Shown here: positions 19,901 through 28,645 of the stretch, one piece after another
How positions within the stretch are numbered: position 1 is the stretch's first letter
How the letters are laid out: every line of letters starts with the position of its first letter
Source of the DNA: an uncultured Candidatus Saccharibacteria bacterium
Lineage (GTDB): Bacteria; Patescibacteriota; Saccharimonadia; Saccharimonadales; Saccharimonadaceae
NCBI GenBank assembly: GCA_964516075.1
Contig: CAZEYN010000001.1
Location: 1-57,384 of the forward strand
DNA: 57,384 nucleotides
Reading direction: 5' to 3'
The notes under the pieces: model-generated
What the model saw: only the letters and a program-made list of their open reading frames with translations
What the model was told of the DNA's origin: nothing
Database searches by the model: none
Position numbers and translations under genes: made by a program

Positions 19901-20050
19901 AATAAACGGTGGGCCGTCATAAAAAACGTAGGAATTATCGATTGGACGATTAGTGACGGACTGTTCAAAAATTTTGTTCTTTTTCCACCAATCGGTTAAA
20001 GATTTTTCATATTCTATAGCTTTGCGGCGACTACCAGATTTGTATTTCAT
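16997..20050 (-). CDS. ileS: Isoleucine--tRNA ligase (type 2-like) with repeat-derived insertion
   Basis: DGPPF, GWDCHGLP, AWTTTPWTLP, GTGIVHCAP, DWNLSR, KMSKS. Confidence 0.96.
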   Translation of the reverse strand: MKYKSGSRRKAIEYEKSLTDWWKKNKIFEQSVTNRPIDNSYVFYDGPPFITGLPHHGTLLSSIVKDAVPRFWTMNGKRVERRWGWDCHGLPAENYVEKQLGITDRRDIGTKWSLEDYIIKARESMVANSETWRGTIDRAGRWVDFDNCYRTMNKDFMESVWWAFKQLYDAGKIYEGRKVLMYDTKFATPVSKAEVTMDNDAYQTVTDPSAYVKFQMEDGTYLLAWTTTPWTLPANMCLAVNPSLEYGVYDVDGEKFILAVERAKILFKDKKPEKAFKGQALVGESYQPIINCADGLFDLGLRGDKGTVKRQDTYTVLAADFVSSEDGTGIVHCAPAYGENDYDLANQYEVDFVDCIDENGYYLPEMQQELNNLGVRNTDENGIQIWAGSKFIAKVLEEKGIIYKIDYIQHEYPFNPRSKERIMYRAFPSWFFDIENQKPLMLAENENINWFPEYLKHGRFAKNIEAAPDWNLSRDRFWATAMPVWKSEQGTVKVVGSYQELKELSGVELEDYHRPWVDQIEFDFNGEHFKRIEKVLDCWFESGSMPFAQLHYPFENKEKFEQNYPADFIVEYVGQVRAWFYYVHAVNTALAEIGAFGEKAKSGAKNAYKNVITTGTLAGNDGRKMSKSLGNYTDPNELMDQYSADALRFLLLSSPVCSGEDFALLDKDVSDVNRKLAMVWNVYDFFTTYAEIENLSSEDFESEEDLPHTKSSSETGDATLGDLTKNLPANFYGNKCGGRTRPCNNLLDTWIISRIYQLRDEITEGMEEYNIPKALENVLPFIDDLSNWFVRRSRRRFSKNEDQEDKKSAFATLYYVLVYLAKLLAPFTPFLSEELYQKITGTTDSVHLLDWPQAGVIDTAVLEDMARTRKIITDALALRMQKSETEDQIKVRQPLASLTYGGEKLDDFYEQIIAEEVNVKKIENGKELKLDKILTEELKREGLARDYIRAIQSARKHAGLSMDNRIKLSLSELPPSEFTELVKTEVLATEITKNQNFTHEETAKIGNQNITISLEKI
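17828..17909 (-). repeat. Dispersed hairpin repeat, subfamily B, in frame inside ileS
   Basis: cgggtcctgccgccacatttat...taatgtagcgtcacccg closely matches the intergenic copy at 54071-54182. Confidence 0.9.
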
Positions 20051-20106
20051 TTTTGCTCCTTACAATAGAGTAATTATACCATATTATAAGATAATAGCCA
20101 AATGAA

Positions 20107-20904
20107 CTATTTCTTGGTGATTTCGAGTTGTGGGTATGGGATGGAGATTTTTTGTGCTTCAAGGGTTTTAATAATGACTTTTAAGGCGTTGCGGCGAGTT
20201 TGAAGTTTGAGGCAAGGCTTGCATTTGATAGCAAAGAGATATTCTATGGCGGAATCGCTTAATTTGTTGAGGCCAAGGAAATTGGCTTCTATGACGTTTT
20301 CGTCTTTTTTGATTTCTGGTATGGTGCTGGCGAGGATTTTTTCGGCCTTATCGCTTGGTAACTCGTATGGGAGTGGAATATTAAAATAAATGTCTTCTGA
20401 CACGACGCCGGCCTGCGTGATATTACGGTTGGCAATAGAGATAATGTTTGACGTGTCGATATCTTGAATTTTGGTGGAACGGAAACTGATGTCGATGACT
20501 TTGCCGGTGATGCCATCGATTTCGACGATGTCGCCCACGTTGTAATAATTATCTGAAACTATATCGAAACCGCGGAAAGCGTCTTTGAGACTATCTTGTA
20601 AGGCTAAGCCGATGACAACGCTGATGACACCGATACCAGCAAGGAGCGAGGTGACGTCGACGCCGTAAACTTGAAGAACCATTAATAAGGTAATACAGGC
20701 GAGGATTGCGCCAAAAATACTTTTGGTCATGCGGATGAAAGTTTTTTTCTTTTTTTGAGAGACGAGTTTGGCGGTGGATTTTTCCTTTTTATTGAGATAT
20801 TTAGAAACTACAAGATAAATTATGCCGCTAAACGCAAGCACCAATAATGCTTGGGCACCCCTTTGAATCCAGATGTTTGAAAAAATTTCGTCGATAAATT
20901 CCAT
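20107..20904 (-). CDS. mscS: Small-conductance mechanosensitive channel
   Basis: TM helices, GLALQDSLKD, GDIVEIDGITGKV, ISIPYPQ. Confidence 0.88.
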   Translation of the reverse strand: MEFIDEIFSNIWIQRGAQALLVLAFSGIIYLVVSKYLNKKEKSTAKLVSQKKKKTFIRMTKSIFGAILACITLLMVLQVYGVDVTSLLAGIGVISVVIGLALQDSLKDAFRGFDIVSDNYYNVGDIVEIDGITGKVIDISFRSTKIQDIDTSNIISIANRNITQAGVVSEDIYFNIPLPYELPSDKAEKILASTIPEIKKDENVIEANFLGLNKLSDSAIEYLFAIKCKPCLKLQTRRNALKVIIKTLEAQKISIPYPQLEITKK

Positions 20905-20911
20905 ATTTTTA

Positions 20912-21166
20912 TTATATCATATAATATAAAACTTCGTTAATAAGCGGAAGCTCTTTGCCGCGCCAAGAAGCACGGACTTCGCCGCTGTCCCCTGTGATTA
21001 AAATCGTGGGATATTCGACGACGTCGTAAGTTTCGCAAAAATTGACATTTTCGTCTGGATTTAAAATTTCTATTTGGCGACCGGTTTGACGATGGAAATT
21101 TTCGAGCCATTCGTTGACTGCTCGCGAATAATCCTGATTGTCCCTAAAAACACAGATTGCACGCAT
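20912..21166 (-). CDS. Conserved small hypothetical protein (thioredoxin-like fold?)
   Basis: 84 aa, YDVVEYPTI motif, immediately after nrdR. Confidence 0.65.
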   Translation of the reverse strand: MRAICVFRDNQDYSRAVNEWLENFHRQTGRQIEILNPDENVNFCETYDVVEYPTILITGDSGEVRASWRGKELPLINEVLYYMI

Positions 21167-21168
21167 GA

Positions 21169-21618
21169 TTATTTTTTCTTCTTTTGCTCTTTTAAGATGT
21201 TTTCAAAATCGTCGAGAGTTTTAAATTCTAGAAAAACACTAGCGAAACGGACGTAAGCAACTTCGTTGATGTCGGCAAGAACATCGAGGACGGCTTCGCC
21301 GATTTGCTTGGACGTGATTTGGTCGGTGCCGAGCGAATATAAAATATCGGAGGCGCGATTGACAACTTCTTCGACCTCTAATTCTGAATTGAAGAATTTA
21401 CCGACGCTGCGCTTAACAGCTAATAATAATTTATCGCGATCGAAAACTTCTTTATTGCCGCTACGCTTAGTAACGGTGAGCTGAGGCATCTCGATGCGCT
21501 CGTAAGTGGTAAAACGGTGGCCGTCTGAAGATTCGCGACGACGACGAATCATGGTGCCGTCAACAGTTTCGCGGCTTTCCAGAACTTTGCTATCTCCGAT
21601 TCGAAATTTACGTTCCAT
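21169..21618 (-). CDS. nrdR: Transcriptional repressor NrdR lacking Zn-ribbon cysteines
   Basis: SKVLESR...IRRRRE...RFTTYE, ATP-cone, EVAYVRFASVF. Confidence 0.93.
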   Translation of the reverse strand: MERKFRIGDSKVLESRETVDGTMIRRRRESSDGHRFTTYERIEMPQLTVTKRSGNKEVFDRDKLLLAVKRSVGKFFNSELEVEEVVNRASDILYSLGTDQITSKQIGEAVLDVLADINEVAYVRFASVFLEFKTLDDFENILKEQKKKK

Positions 21619-21632
21619 CCGCGTGTATACTC

Positions 21633-22805
21633 CTATTTCTTTTTCTTATTTTTGAAACGTTCCCTTAAGGAAGGTGGGATATCTAGTTCTTCTTCACTTG
21701 CGGTAGGTTCTGGGGTTGGTTCGGTTTTGATGGAATCCCAGATGTTGGATTTGTTCTCTGTGGCGAAATCTTTAGCTTCGGCAGATGGAGTTTCGTTGTG
21801 GAAACTGCTGGAAGATACTGGTGCTGGTTCTGGCTCGGCAATTGGAGCTGGTTCGGAATAATCTGAATCAAAACCGGTGGCGACCACTGTGACGACAATT
21901 TCGTCTTCTAATTCTGGACGGATGGAGGCGCCAAAGATGATGTTGGCATCTGGAGAAACTGCGCCGGTGATGACCTCGGCGGCTTCCTGGACCTCGCTCA
22001 TGGACATATCGTAACCACCAGCTACTGAGAATAGAACACCGCGAGCACCTTCGATTTTGACCTCGATAAGTGGAGATTCAACAGCTTGCTGCGCAGCAAT
22101 AACGGCACGATTTTCGCCGGAAGCGCGACCGATGCCCATAAGTGCTGAGCCGGCATTTTTCATGATGGCTTTAACATCGGCAAAGTCTAAGTTGATGAGA
22201 GAATGCTCGGTGATAAGTTCGGAGATACCCTGAACGCCCTGGCGCAAAACATCATCAGCGATTTTAAAAGTTTCAAGAAGTGGGGTGCGAGGATCGATAG
22301 TCTGCAAGAGGCGATCGTTTGGAATAGTGATAAGCGCATCGACTTGGCGAGCAAGCTTATCGATGGCGACGTCTGCGTTCGCGCGACGACGAGCACCCTC
22401 AAAAGTGAATGGTTTGGTAGCCACACCAACGGTGAGAATGTCTTTTTTGCGAGCCTCTTCGGCAACAATTGGACCAGCACCAGAACCGGTGCCACCACCG
22501 GCGCCAAGTGTAATAAACACCATATCGGCACCATCGAGAGCTTTGTCGATGGCTTCCCTGCCATCTTCGGCGGCCTCGCGGCCCTTCTCTGGATCACCAC
22601 CGGCACCGAGCCCTTTACCAATGTGAACTTTGATATCGGCTGGTGAATGATGTAATGCCTGGGCATCTGTATTGATAGCTACAAATTCAACACCAGAAAG
22701 ACCCACTTCTTTCATGCGCTCAACTGCGGAACCGCCGGCACCGCCAACACCTACTACTTTTATACTTGCTTTGCTTTCCACCTCTGTCGGTTTTACTTCT
22801 GGCAT
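21633..22805 (-). CDS. ftsZ: Cell division protein FtsZ
   Basis: GGGTGSG, NLDFADV, C-terminal LDIPPSLR. Confidence 0.98.
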   Translation of the reverse strand: MPEVKPTEVESKASIKVVGVGGAGGSAVERMKEVGLSGVEFVAINTDAQALHHSPADIKVHIGKGLGAGGDPEKGREAAEDGREAIDKALDGADMVFITLGAGGGTGSGAGPIVAEEARKKDILTVGVATKPFTFEGARRRANADVAIDKLARQVDALITIPNDRLLQTIDPRTPLLETFKIADDVLRQGVQGISELITEHSLINLDFADVKAIMKNAGSALMGIGRASGENRAVIAAQQAVESPLIEVKIEGARGVLFSVAGGYDMSMSEVQEAAEVITGAVSPDANIIFGASIRPELEDEIVVTVVATGFDSDYSEPAPIAEPEPAPVSSSSFHNETPSAEAKDFATENKSNIWDSIKTEPTPEPTASEEELDIPPSLRERFKNKKKK

Positions 22806-22869
22806 ATCTTACCTCGCTTAAATTTGATATCATTATACACCTAAAAATAAGAAAAATCAAGGGTTCGTA

Positions 22870-24102
22870 TTAGAACTTGCTGAAAAAATCTTTGATAAAA
22901 TTGCCTGGTTTTTTGATGTTTTTAGGCATTTTTTTAGATTTTTTGCCGGTTGGGGCAAGATTTTGGTTTTCTTCGGCGGCGAACATGGCTAAGCCTACGG
23001 CTGTAGCAAATTCTGGACGCTCAACCGCATCGGCGACGCCTTCTAAATGGTGTGGGATGCCAATTTTGACAGCGGCCTCTAGGCATTTTTTGGCGAAAAT
23101 TTCAATGTCGCGCATTTTGGCGCCACCGCCGGTGAGGATAATTCCCTCTGGCAAACGTTGGTCGTATTTGGCGAGTTTGAGTTTTTTACGGACTTCGGCA
23201 AAGATTTCGGTCAAACGAGCTTTGACGACCTCCTCTACCTCTTTGCGGTCGAAGGTGCGCTCGCCGTGTTTCCCTACTTTGATGGCTAGGCTTTTGTCAG
23301 AATCGAAGTCGCCGGTGATGAAACGAGTTTTGATTTCTTCGGCTAACTCTGGGTCGATAGCTAGGACGATGGCTAGGTCATTGGTGATATTATTAGAGCC
23401 AACTGGAATGATGCCAACATATTGTAAATCGCCCTCTTCATACACGGCGATAGACGTGGTTGAAGCACCTAAATCTACAACGGCAACACCGTTCTCTTTT
23501 TGGCGATAAGACAAGACGGCTTTAGCTGAGGCGACCACGCTTGGAATAAGTCTAAGGGCCTGAACATCGGCGGCCATAGTGGCTTTTTTGAGATTTTCAC
23601 AGTTTGGAGTAAGCGCAGAAATAACATTGGCGCGCATTTCTAAACGAGCGCCGGACATACCGATAGGGTCCTTAATGCCGGCTTGGCCATCTAGGGCATA
23701 CTCAAGCGGAATAACATCTAGGACGTCGCGGTTGGCTGGGATACGACCACTGACAGCGATATCTACGACGCGATCTAAATCTTCTGGGTTGATTTCGTGC
23801 TCGGCGGTACCTACGGCAATCATGCCCTCTGTTTGAGTGGAGCAAACCGTTGAGCCGTTAATGGAAACATAGGCGGAGCGGACATCGTAACCGCCCATAC
23901 GCTCGGCGTCGCCAAGCATTTTGTCGATGGCGCCAGCTGGGCCAGCCAGATTGGCAGGAATACCCTTGCGCATGCCGGCAGACTTGCCCTCGTTATAGCC
24001 AACGATGGCGATGTGATTATCTTTATCTACTGAGGCGATGACGGCACGGACGTTTTCGGTGCCAACATCAAGACCGGTTACAAAGCGCTTGTTTTCATCC
24101 AT
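22870..24102 (-). CDS. ftsA: Cell division protein FtsA
   Basis: GLDVGT, VVDLGASTT, ILTGGGAK actin-fold motifs; upstream of ftsZ. Confidence 0.95.
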   Translation of the reverse strand: MDENKRFVTGLDVGTENVRAVIASVDKDNHIAIVGYNEGKSAGMRKGIPANLAGPAGAIDKMLGDAERMGGYDVRSAYVSINGSTVCSTQTEGMIAVGTAEHEINPEDLDRVVDIAVSGRIPANRDVLDVIPLEYALDGQAGIKDPIGMSGARLEMRANVISALTPNCENLKKATMAADVQALRLIPSVVASAKAVLSYRQKENGVAVVDLGASTTSIAVYEEGDLQYVGIIPVGSNNITNDLAIVLAIDPELAEEIKTRFITGDFDSDKSLAIKVGKHGERTFDRKEVEEVVKARLTEIFAEVRKKLKLAKYDQRLPEGIILTGGGAKMRDIEIFAKKCLEAAVKIGIPHHLEGVADAVERPEFATAVGLAMFAAEENQNLAPTGKKSKKMPKNIKKPGNFIKDFFSKF

Positions 24103-24177
24103 AAGCTTATTATAGCATAATTTTTTGGGAAAATACTAGAACTTATTTGACTAACATTTTTTTATAAAATCTTATTT

Positions 24178-24203
24178 GACTGAACGAGTCCTGCCGGACT
24201 TAT
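24178..24203 (-). repeat. Truncated hairpin repeat, subfamily A
   Basis: gactgaacgagtcctgccggactt. Confidence 0.75.
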
Positions 24204-24221
24204 TTGGGAAAATAAACAAAA

Positions 24222-24276
24222 ACGCTATATTTAGCGTAAAAAAGTGCTTGACAACGCTATATGTGGGGTTTATAAT
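24222..24276 (+). promoter_or_regulatory. Consensus sigma70 promoter with tandem NrdR boxes
   Basis: TTGACA(24248)-N17-TATAAT(24271); ACGCTATATTTAGCGT (24222-24237) and ACGCTATATGTGGGGT (24254-24269), 32 bp apart. Confidence 0.9.
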
Positions 24277-24340
24277 GATTTCAGGTAATATTTATAAAAC
24301 AGTGGGCAGCATTGAAGAGGCTCGAAGAAAGGACAAAAAC

Positions 24341-24778
24341 ATGAAAAAGATAATTTATCGAAACCCAAATGATGCGGAAAATTTTGACTTGGATAGGTTT
24401 GTGAAATCTTTGAAAAAATACGCTGATGTTTCTAAAAAAGAGGCAACGGAAGTTTTGGTAGATTTTGAGCAGTATGAAACTATGCACGTTTCGTGTTTGG
24501 TGGAAGCTGGGATGAAATTAATAAACGAAAAAGCTGGTGAGAAGGCGATGAAAGAATATCTCTCTGACCATGCCGAGTGGTTTGACAAGGGTAAGTTTGA
24601 GCGTTTGCGCCGTATTACTGGCTATTTGGTGGGGACTTTGGACCGCTGGAATGACGCTAAGAAGGCTGAAGAATCGGCACGCGTGAAGCACTGCGTGAAT
24701 TCGGCGATTGATGACGCTGCGCGTTTGGCGGCACTTGAGACTCAGGCTATGGAACAGAATGTGGCTTACGCACGATAA
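24341..24778 (+). CDS. Mini-NrdD: stand-alone glycyl-radical domain with ATP-cone-like N-terminus
   Basis: AAAGGA RBS; 145 aa; RRITGYLVGTLDRWNDAKKAEESARVKH matches the NrdD C-terminal motif; NrdR boxes upstream. Confidence 0.85.
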   Translation: MKKIIYRNPNDAENFDLDRFVKSLKKYADVSKKEATEVLVDFEQYETMHVSCLVEAGMKLINEKAGEKAMKEYLSDHAEWFDKGKFERLRRITGYLVGTLDRWNDAKKAEESARVKHCVNSAIDDAARLAALETQAMEQNVAYAR

Positions 24779-24788
24779 AGTTTGATTT

Positions 24789-24816
24789 GGCGCCTCTTTT
24801 ACGGGGCGCTTTTTTT
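24789..24816 (+). terminator. Intrinsic terminator
   Basis: ggcgcctc-tttta-cggggcgc followed by a T run. Confidence 0.7.
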
Positions 24817-24832
24817 GATTCCTTGTTTGTGG

Positions 24833-25813
24833 TTAGTTTTCGAGGAGTTTGCAGATGAGGGCGATGAGGAGGGGTTTTTCTTTGGGGTTGGATTCGGCGA
24901 TGAGGAGGGCTAGGGCGATGAGGGCGCGATCGGAGATTTTGGTTTCGCCGTTTTTGGTGAGGTGGAAATTGTTAATCGTGAGAAAAATGACGAAAAGGAG
25001 GGCGGCAATGCGTTTGTTGCCGTCGTAGAAGGGGTGGTCTTTGATGATGAGGTAGAGGAGGTTGGCGGCTTTTTCGGAGATGGAGGGGTAGAGGTCTTGG
25101 CTGTCGAAGGTTTGCATAATGGCACCGAGCGAAGATTCGAAGGAGTGGTCGCGTGGTTTGCCGAATAGGTCGTCGGCGGACTGGTTTTGTTTGAGCTCGG
25201 CGATAATGTTTTCGCATTCTTTTAGCGAAAGAGTTTTGGCGGATTTTTTGGTTTTGTTGAATACGATGTGACCTTGGTCAAATTCTTCTAGGGCTTTGAA
25301 GCTGGGGGAGTATTTACTGATGACTTCTAGGATGCCGCTGGCTTCTGGGAGCGAGAGGACAGAGTTGTTGATGAGGCGTTTGACAATACCGAGGGCGCCT
25401 TCGATTTCTTGGAGTTTTTGGCTGTCTAATTCTTTAAGGCGCGGTTCGTTGATGGCGATGCCGTTGACGACATAATTTTTGAGGATTTTGGTAGCCCAGA
25501 TACGGAAGTCGGTGGCTTTTTTGGAGTTTACGCGGTAGCCTACGGAGATTATCATGTCGAGATTAAATTTCTTGACTTCGCGCATTACTTGTCTTTTGCC
25601 TTCAATTTGAACTCGTGCATTTTTTGCACAAGTTGCCGTTTCTAGTAATTCCCCTTCTTTGTAGATGTTGCGAATGTGACGATTTATTACTGAGCGATCG
25701 ACATTGAATAATTTAGCAATTTGGTCTTCGGTGGCCCAAATCGATTCTGCGCGCAGATCAAAAACTACTTCCCCATTCTCTACTTTATAAATCTCGATTT
25801 GTTTCTCGGTCAT
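24833..25813 (-). CDS. RhuM-like domain fused to a Fic/Doc domain
   Basis: NLDMIISVGYRVNS..AT.FRIWAT (RhuM) and HPFYDGNKR (Fic/Doc); start at MTEKQ after TTTACA-N17-TATAGT. Confidence 0.85.
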   Translation of the reverse strand: MTEKQIEIYKVENGEVVFDLRAESIWATEDQIAKLFNVDRSVINRHIRNIYKEGELLETATCAKNARVQIEGKRQVMREVKKFNLDMIISVGYRVNSKKATDFRIWATKILKNYVVNGIAINEPRLKELDSQKLQEIEGALGIVKRLINNSVLSLPEASGILEVISKYSPSFKALEEFDQGHIVFNKTKKSAKTLSLKECENIIAELKQNQSADDLFGKPRDHSFESSLGAIMQTFDSQDLYPSISEKAANLLYLIIKDHPFYDGNKRIAALLFVIFLTINNFHLTKNGETKISDRALIALALLIAESNPKEKPLLIALICKLLEN

Positions 25814-25900
25814 TGCTTTAACTATATCTGTTATTTGGGGATTTGTAAAGAATTTTTTGAACATGTTCAAAAATGGAACATGTTGGTTTCATGGGTGATT

Positions 25901-28048
25901 TTATAATTCACCCCAGTTGGTGCCGGTGGTGACGTCGACTTTGAGTTTGACTTTGAGCTCTGGGGCGACGGATTCCATTTCTTGTTTTAGAATTTTAGCA
26001 ACTTCTTCGGCGGATGCTTCTGGGCATTCAATGATGAGCGAGTCATGAACTTGCATAATCATGTCGGCGTTACTCGGAAGTTTTTGACTGATTTTAATCA
26101 TGGCGCGCTTCATAAGGTCGGCTTCAGTTCCCTGAATTGGCATGTTGGTGGCGGCGCGCTCGGCGGCGGCGCGAATCATGAAGTTGGCGGCTTTGATGTC
26201 TGGAACATAACGCTTGCGGCCGAAGTAAGTTTCGACGTAGCCGTTCTCGCGAGCGCCTTCGAGAATTTGGTCGAGATAATCTTTAATGGGTTTGCGGAGT
26301 TCGAAATAGCGGTCGATGAAGGCTTTGGATTCGGCGACGGTCATGCCGGTGGCGTCGGAAAGGCCTTTGACGCTCATGCCATATAACACGCCGAAATTGA
26401 TAACTTTGGCGGCGCGGCGCTGGGTTTTGGTGACTTTTTGCATGGCTTCTGCTAGCGGCATGCCGTTTTTGATTTCATTCCTATAAAATGTCTCGGCGGC
26501 GGTTTTGGTGTGGATGTCTAAGTTATTGTTGAAATCTGAAATTAGATTTTGGTCGTCCGCGAGAGCGGCGGCGAGACGGAGCTCGAACTGGGAGTAATCG
26601 GCGGAAACTAAAACTTTGCCGGCCGGTGCGATAAAACCGGTGCGGATGCGCTTGCCATCTTCGGTGCGCGTAGGGATGTTTTGAAGATTGGGGTCTTTGC
26701 TACTTAAGCGACCGGTAGAAGTAACATCCTGTGTAAATGTGGTATGGACGCGACCGTTCGAATCTGCCAATTCTGGGAGCGGAATAATATAGGTGTTCAA
26801 TAGTTTGGCGGCTTCGCGGTATTCGGTGATAAGTTTGATAATGGGATGTAAATCTTTTAATTTTTCTAGTTCTTTGGCGCCAGTGGAAAAACCGCGCGTG
26901 GTTTTTTTGATGCCCCTGGTAGGAAGAGCAAGCTTTCCAAAGAGAATTTCGGAAAGTTGGATGGGCGAATTGATGTTGAATTCGGCGCCGGCGGCTGTAT
27001 AAATTTTTTGTTCAATCTCTTTAGTTTTCTCTGTAAATTCGATTTTAAGCTGAGCGAAATAATTACGGTCGATGAGCATGCCGATTTTTTCCATTTGACG
27101 GAGAATGGGGTCTAGCGCGGCGTCTAGTTCGCTGGTGTAATCTTTGATTGGTTCGACAGGTTCGGTTTCTTGACTCAAGTTAAATTTTTTGATGAGTGAG
27201 TTAAAGCGGAGGTTTTGTAAGCCCTTGGCGACCTTTTCTGGATTTAGCACAAAATCTGGGATTTTGGTTAAATCTACGGGGGCGTCGAACATGATTTGGG
27301 CGAGTTGTTTGGAAAGATAGGCAGAATTTTTGCCATTTTCGAGTTTGGTTTTAGTGGAGCTGGCAATTTTGTCGAGATTTTGATAGATACCATCTAGAGA
27401 ATCAAATTCGTTGAGTAATTTGGCGGCGGTTTTTTCGCCGATACCTGGGACGCCTGGGATGTTGTCCGACGCGTCGCCCTTTAGGGCTTTTAAATCTAGA
27501 AATTGGGATTTTTTGATGCCGTATTTTTGCTCGACTTCGGCAACGTTTAACTCTTCGATGTTGGTGAACCCCTTGAGAATGCGCCACATACGCGTGTTTT
27601 CGTCGACAATTTGGAGCATATCAAGGTCGGAAGAAATGATGAAGGTTTCGTAGCTGCAGTTCCCTTTTTCATCTAAGGTTTGGTCGGCTTGACGACTGAA
27701 GGTGCCGATGATGTCGTCAGCTTCGTAATCTTCTACTTCGACAAAAGACCAACCTAAATCATGGACTAAAGATTCAAGTAATGGAATTTGGGCGTAAAAA
27801 TCTTCACCTGGCTTGACACGACCGACTTTGTATTCTGGATAAATGGCACGACGCTTGGAAACGGAAGTTTTGGAATCCCACGCCACGATGACTTTGGTAG
27901 GGTTTAATTTGCGAACGATTTCCATGGCGATGGCGGCGAAACCGTAGACTCCGCCGGTGGGAGTGCCGTCGGTAAGACTAAGCCCAGGCATGGCGTAATA
28001 ACCTCTATAAAATACCGATTTGCCGTCTATCAATACCAATCTTTTCAT
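25901..28048 (-). CDS. polA: DNA polymerase I lacking the 3'-5' exonuclease domain
   Basis: 5'-3' exonuclease motifs (EADD, GDASDNIPGVPGIGEKTA), DYSQFELR, KVINFGVLYG, QVHDS; only 715 aa. Confidence 0.96.
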   Translation of the reverse strand: MKRLVLIDGKSVFYRGYYAMPGLSLTDGTPTGGVYGFAAIAMEIVRKLNPTKVIVAWDSKTSVSKRRAIYPEYKVGRVKPGEDFYAQIPLLESLVHDLGWSFVEVEDYEADDIIGTFSRQADQTLDEKGNCSYETFIISSDLDMLQIVDENTRMWRILKGFTNIEELNVAEVEQKYGIKKSQFLDLKALKGDASDNIPGVPGIGEKTAAKLLNEFDSLDGIYQNLDKIASSTKTKLENGKNSAYLSKQLAQIMFDAPVDLTKIPDFVLNPEKVAKGLQNLRFNSLIKKFNLSQETEPVEPIKDYTSELDAALDPILRQMEKIGMLIDRNYFAQLKIEFTEKTKEIEQKIYTAAGAEFNINSPIQLSEILFGKLALPTRGIKKTTRGFSTGAKELEKLKDLHPIIKLITEYREAAKLLNTYIIPLPELADSNGRVHTTFTQDVTSTGRLSSKDPNLQNIPTRTEDGKRIRTGFIAPAGKVLVSADYSQFELRLAAALADDQNLISDFNNNLDIHTKTAAETFYRNEIKNGMPLAEAMQKVTKTQRRAAKVINFGVLYGMSVKGLSDATGMTVAESKAFIDRYFELRKPIKDYLDQILEGARENGYVETYFGRKRYVPDIKAANFMIRAAAERAATNMPIQGTEADLMKRAMIKISQKLPSNADMIMQVHDSLIIECPEASAEEVAKILKQEMESVAPELKVKLKVDVTTGTNWGEL

Positions 28049-28049
28049 A

Positions 28050-28616
28050 TTAGAAATCGATTTCTTTTAAGATTTGGTCGGTGGCGGACTCAGCTTCTTC
28101 TATGGTGCCGTTGTTTAAGATGTAATAGTCGGCCATGGCGATAGGAGCGCCTTTTTCGAGGTTTTCGATTTCAGAACGGTCGCGTTCACGGATGGCTTTG
28201 CCGTCGAAGGCACGTCCTGGGCGGTGCGCTACGCGCTCATAACGAATTTTGCGGTCTACCACTACGGCGACGAAGGTGAGGCGGGTGGGAAATTCGTGCT
28301 TTAAGATTTTGTATTCAGTCCAGGAATAGACGCCGTCTAAGACTATACGCTTTTGGCCGGCGGCGATTAAATCTTTGACTTCTTCGATGACTTGGCGGAC
28401 GACCCAGTCTGCGCCTTCGGTTTGGCGAATTTCTTCGCGGAACTTCTTTTCTGACTCCCCATCTTCGGTGCGCTCGATGCCGCGCTTTTCCATTTCTTTG
28501 TAAATCATACCACCAAAATAGACTTTGGGATAATTTTTGCTAGTTAAATGATCGATGATAACTGATTTGCCACTGCCGCTCATGCCGACTACGGCTAAGA
28601 TTTTTACATTTTCCAT
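28050..28616 (-). CDS. P-loop kinase, dephospho-CoA kinase-like
   Basis: GMSGSGKS Walker A, LDGV, ADYYILNNGT. Confidence 0.7.
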   Translation of the reverse strand: MENVKILAVVGMSGSGKSVIIDHLTSKNYPKVYFGGMIYKEMEKRGIERTEDGESEKKFREEIRQTEGADWVVRQVIEEVKDLIAAGQKRIVLDGVYSWTEYKILKHEFPTRLTFVAVVVDRKIRYERVAHRPGRAFDGKAIRERDRSEIENLEKGAPIAMADYYILNNGTIEEAESATDQILKEIDF

Positions 28617-28645
28617 ACTACTAGTATAACATGATATAATAGGGT

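Noticed and set aside
25859..25868. LexA SOS box
   Set aside because: GAAC-N2-GTTC spacing does not fit the GAAC-N4-GTTC consensus
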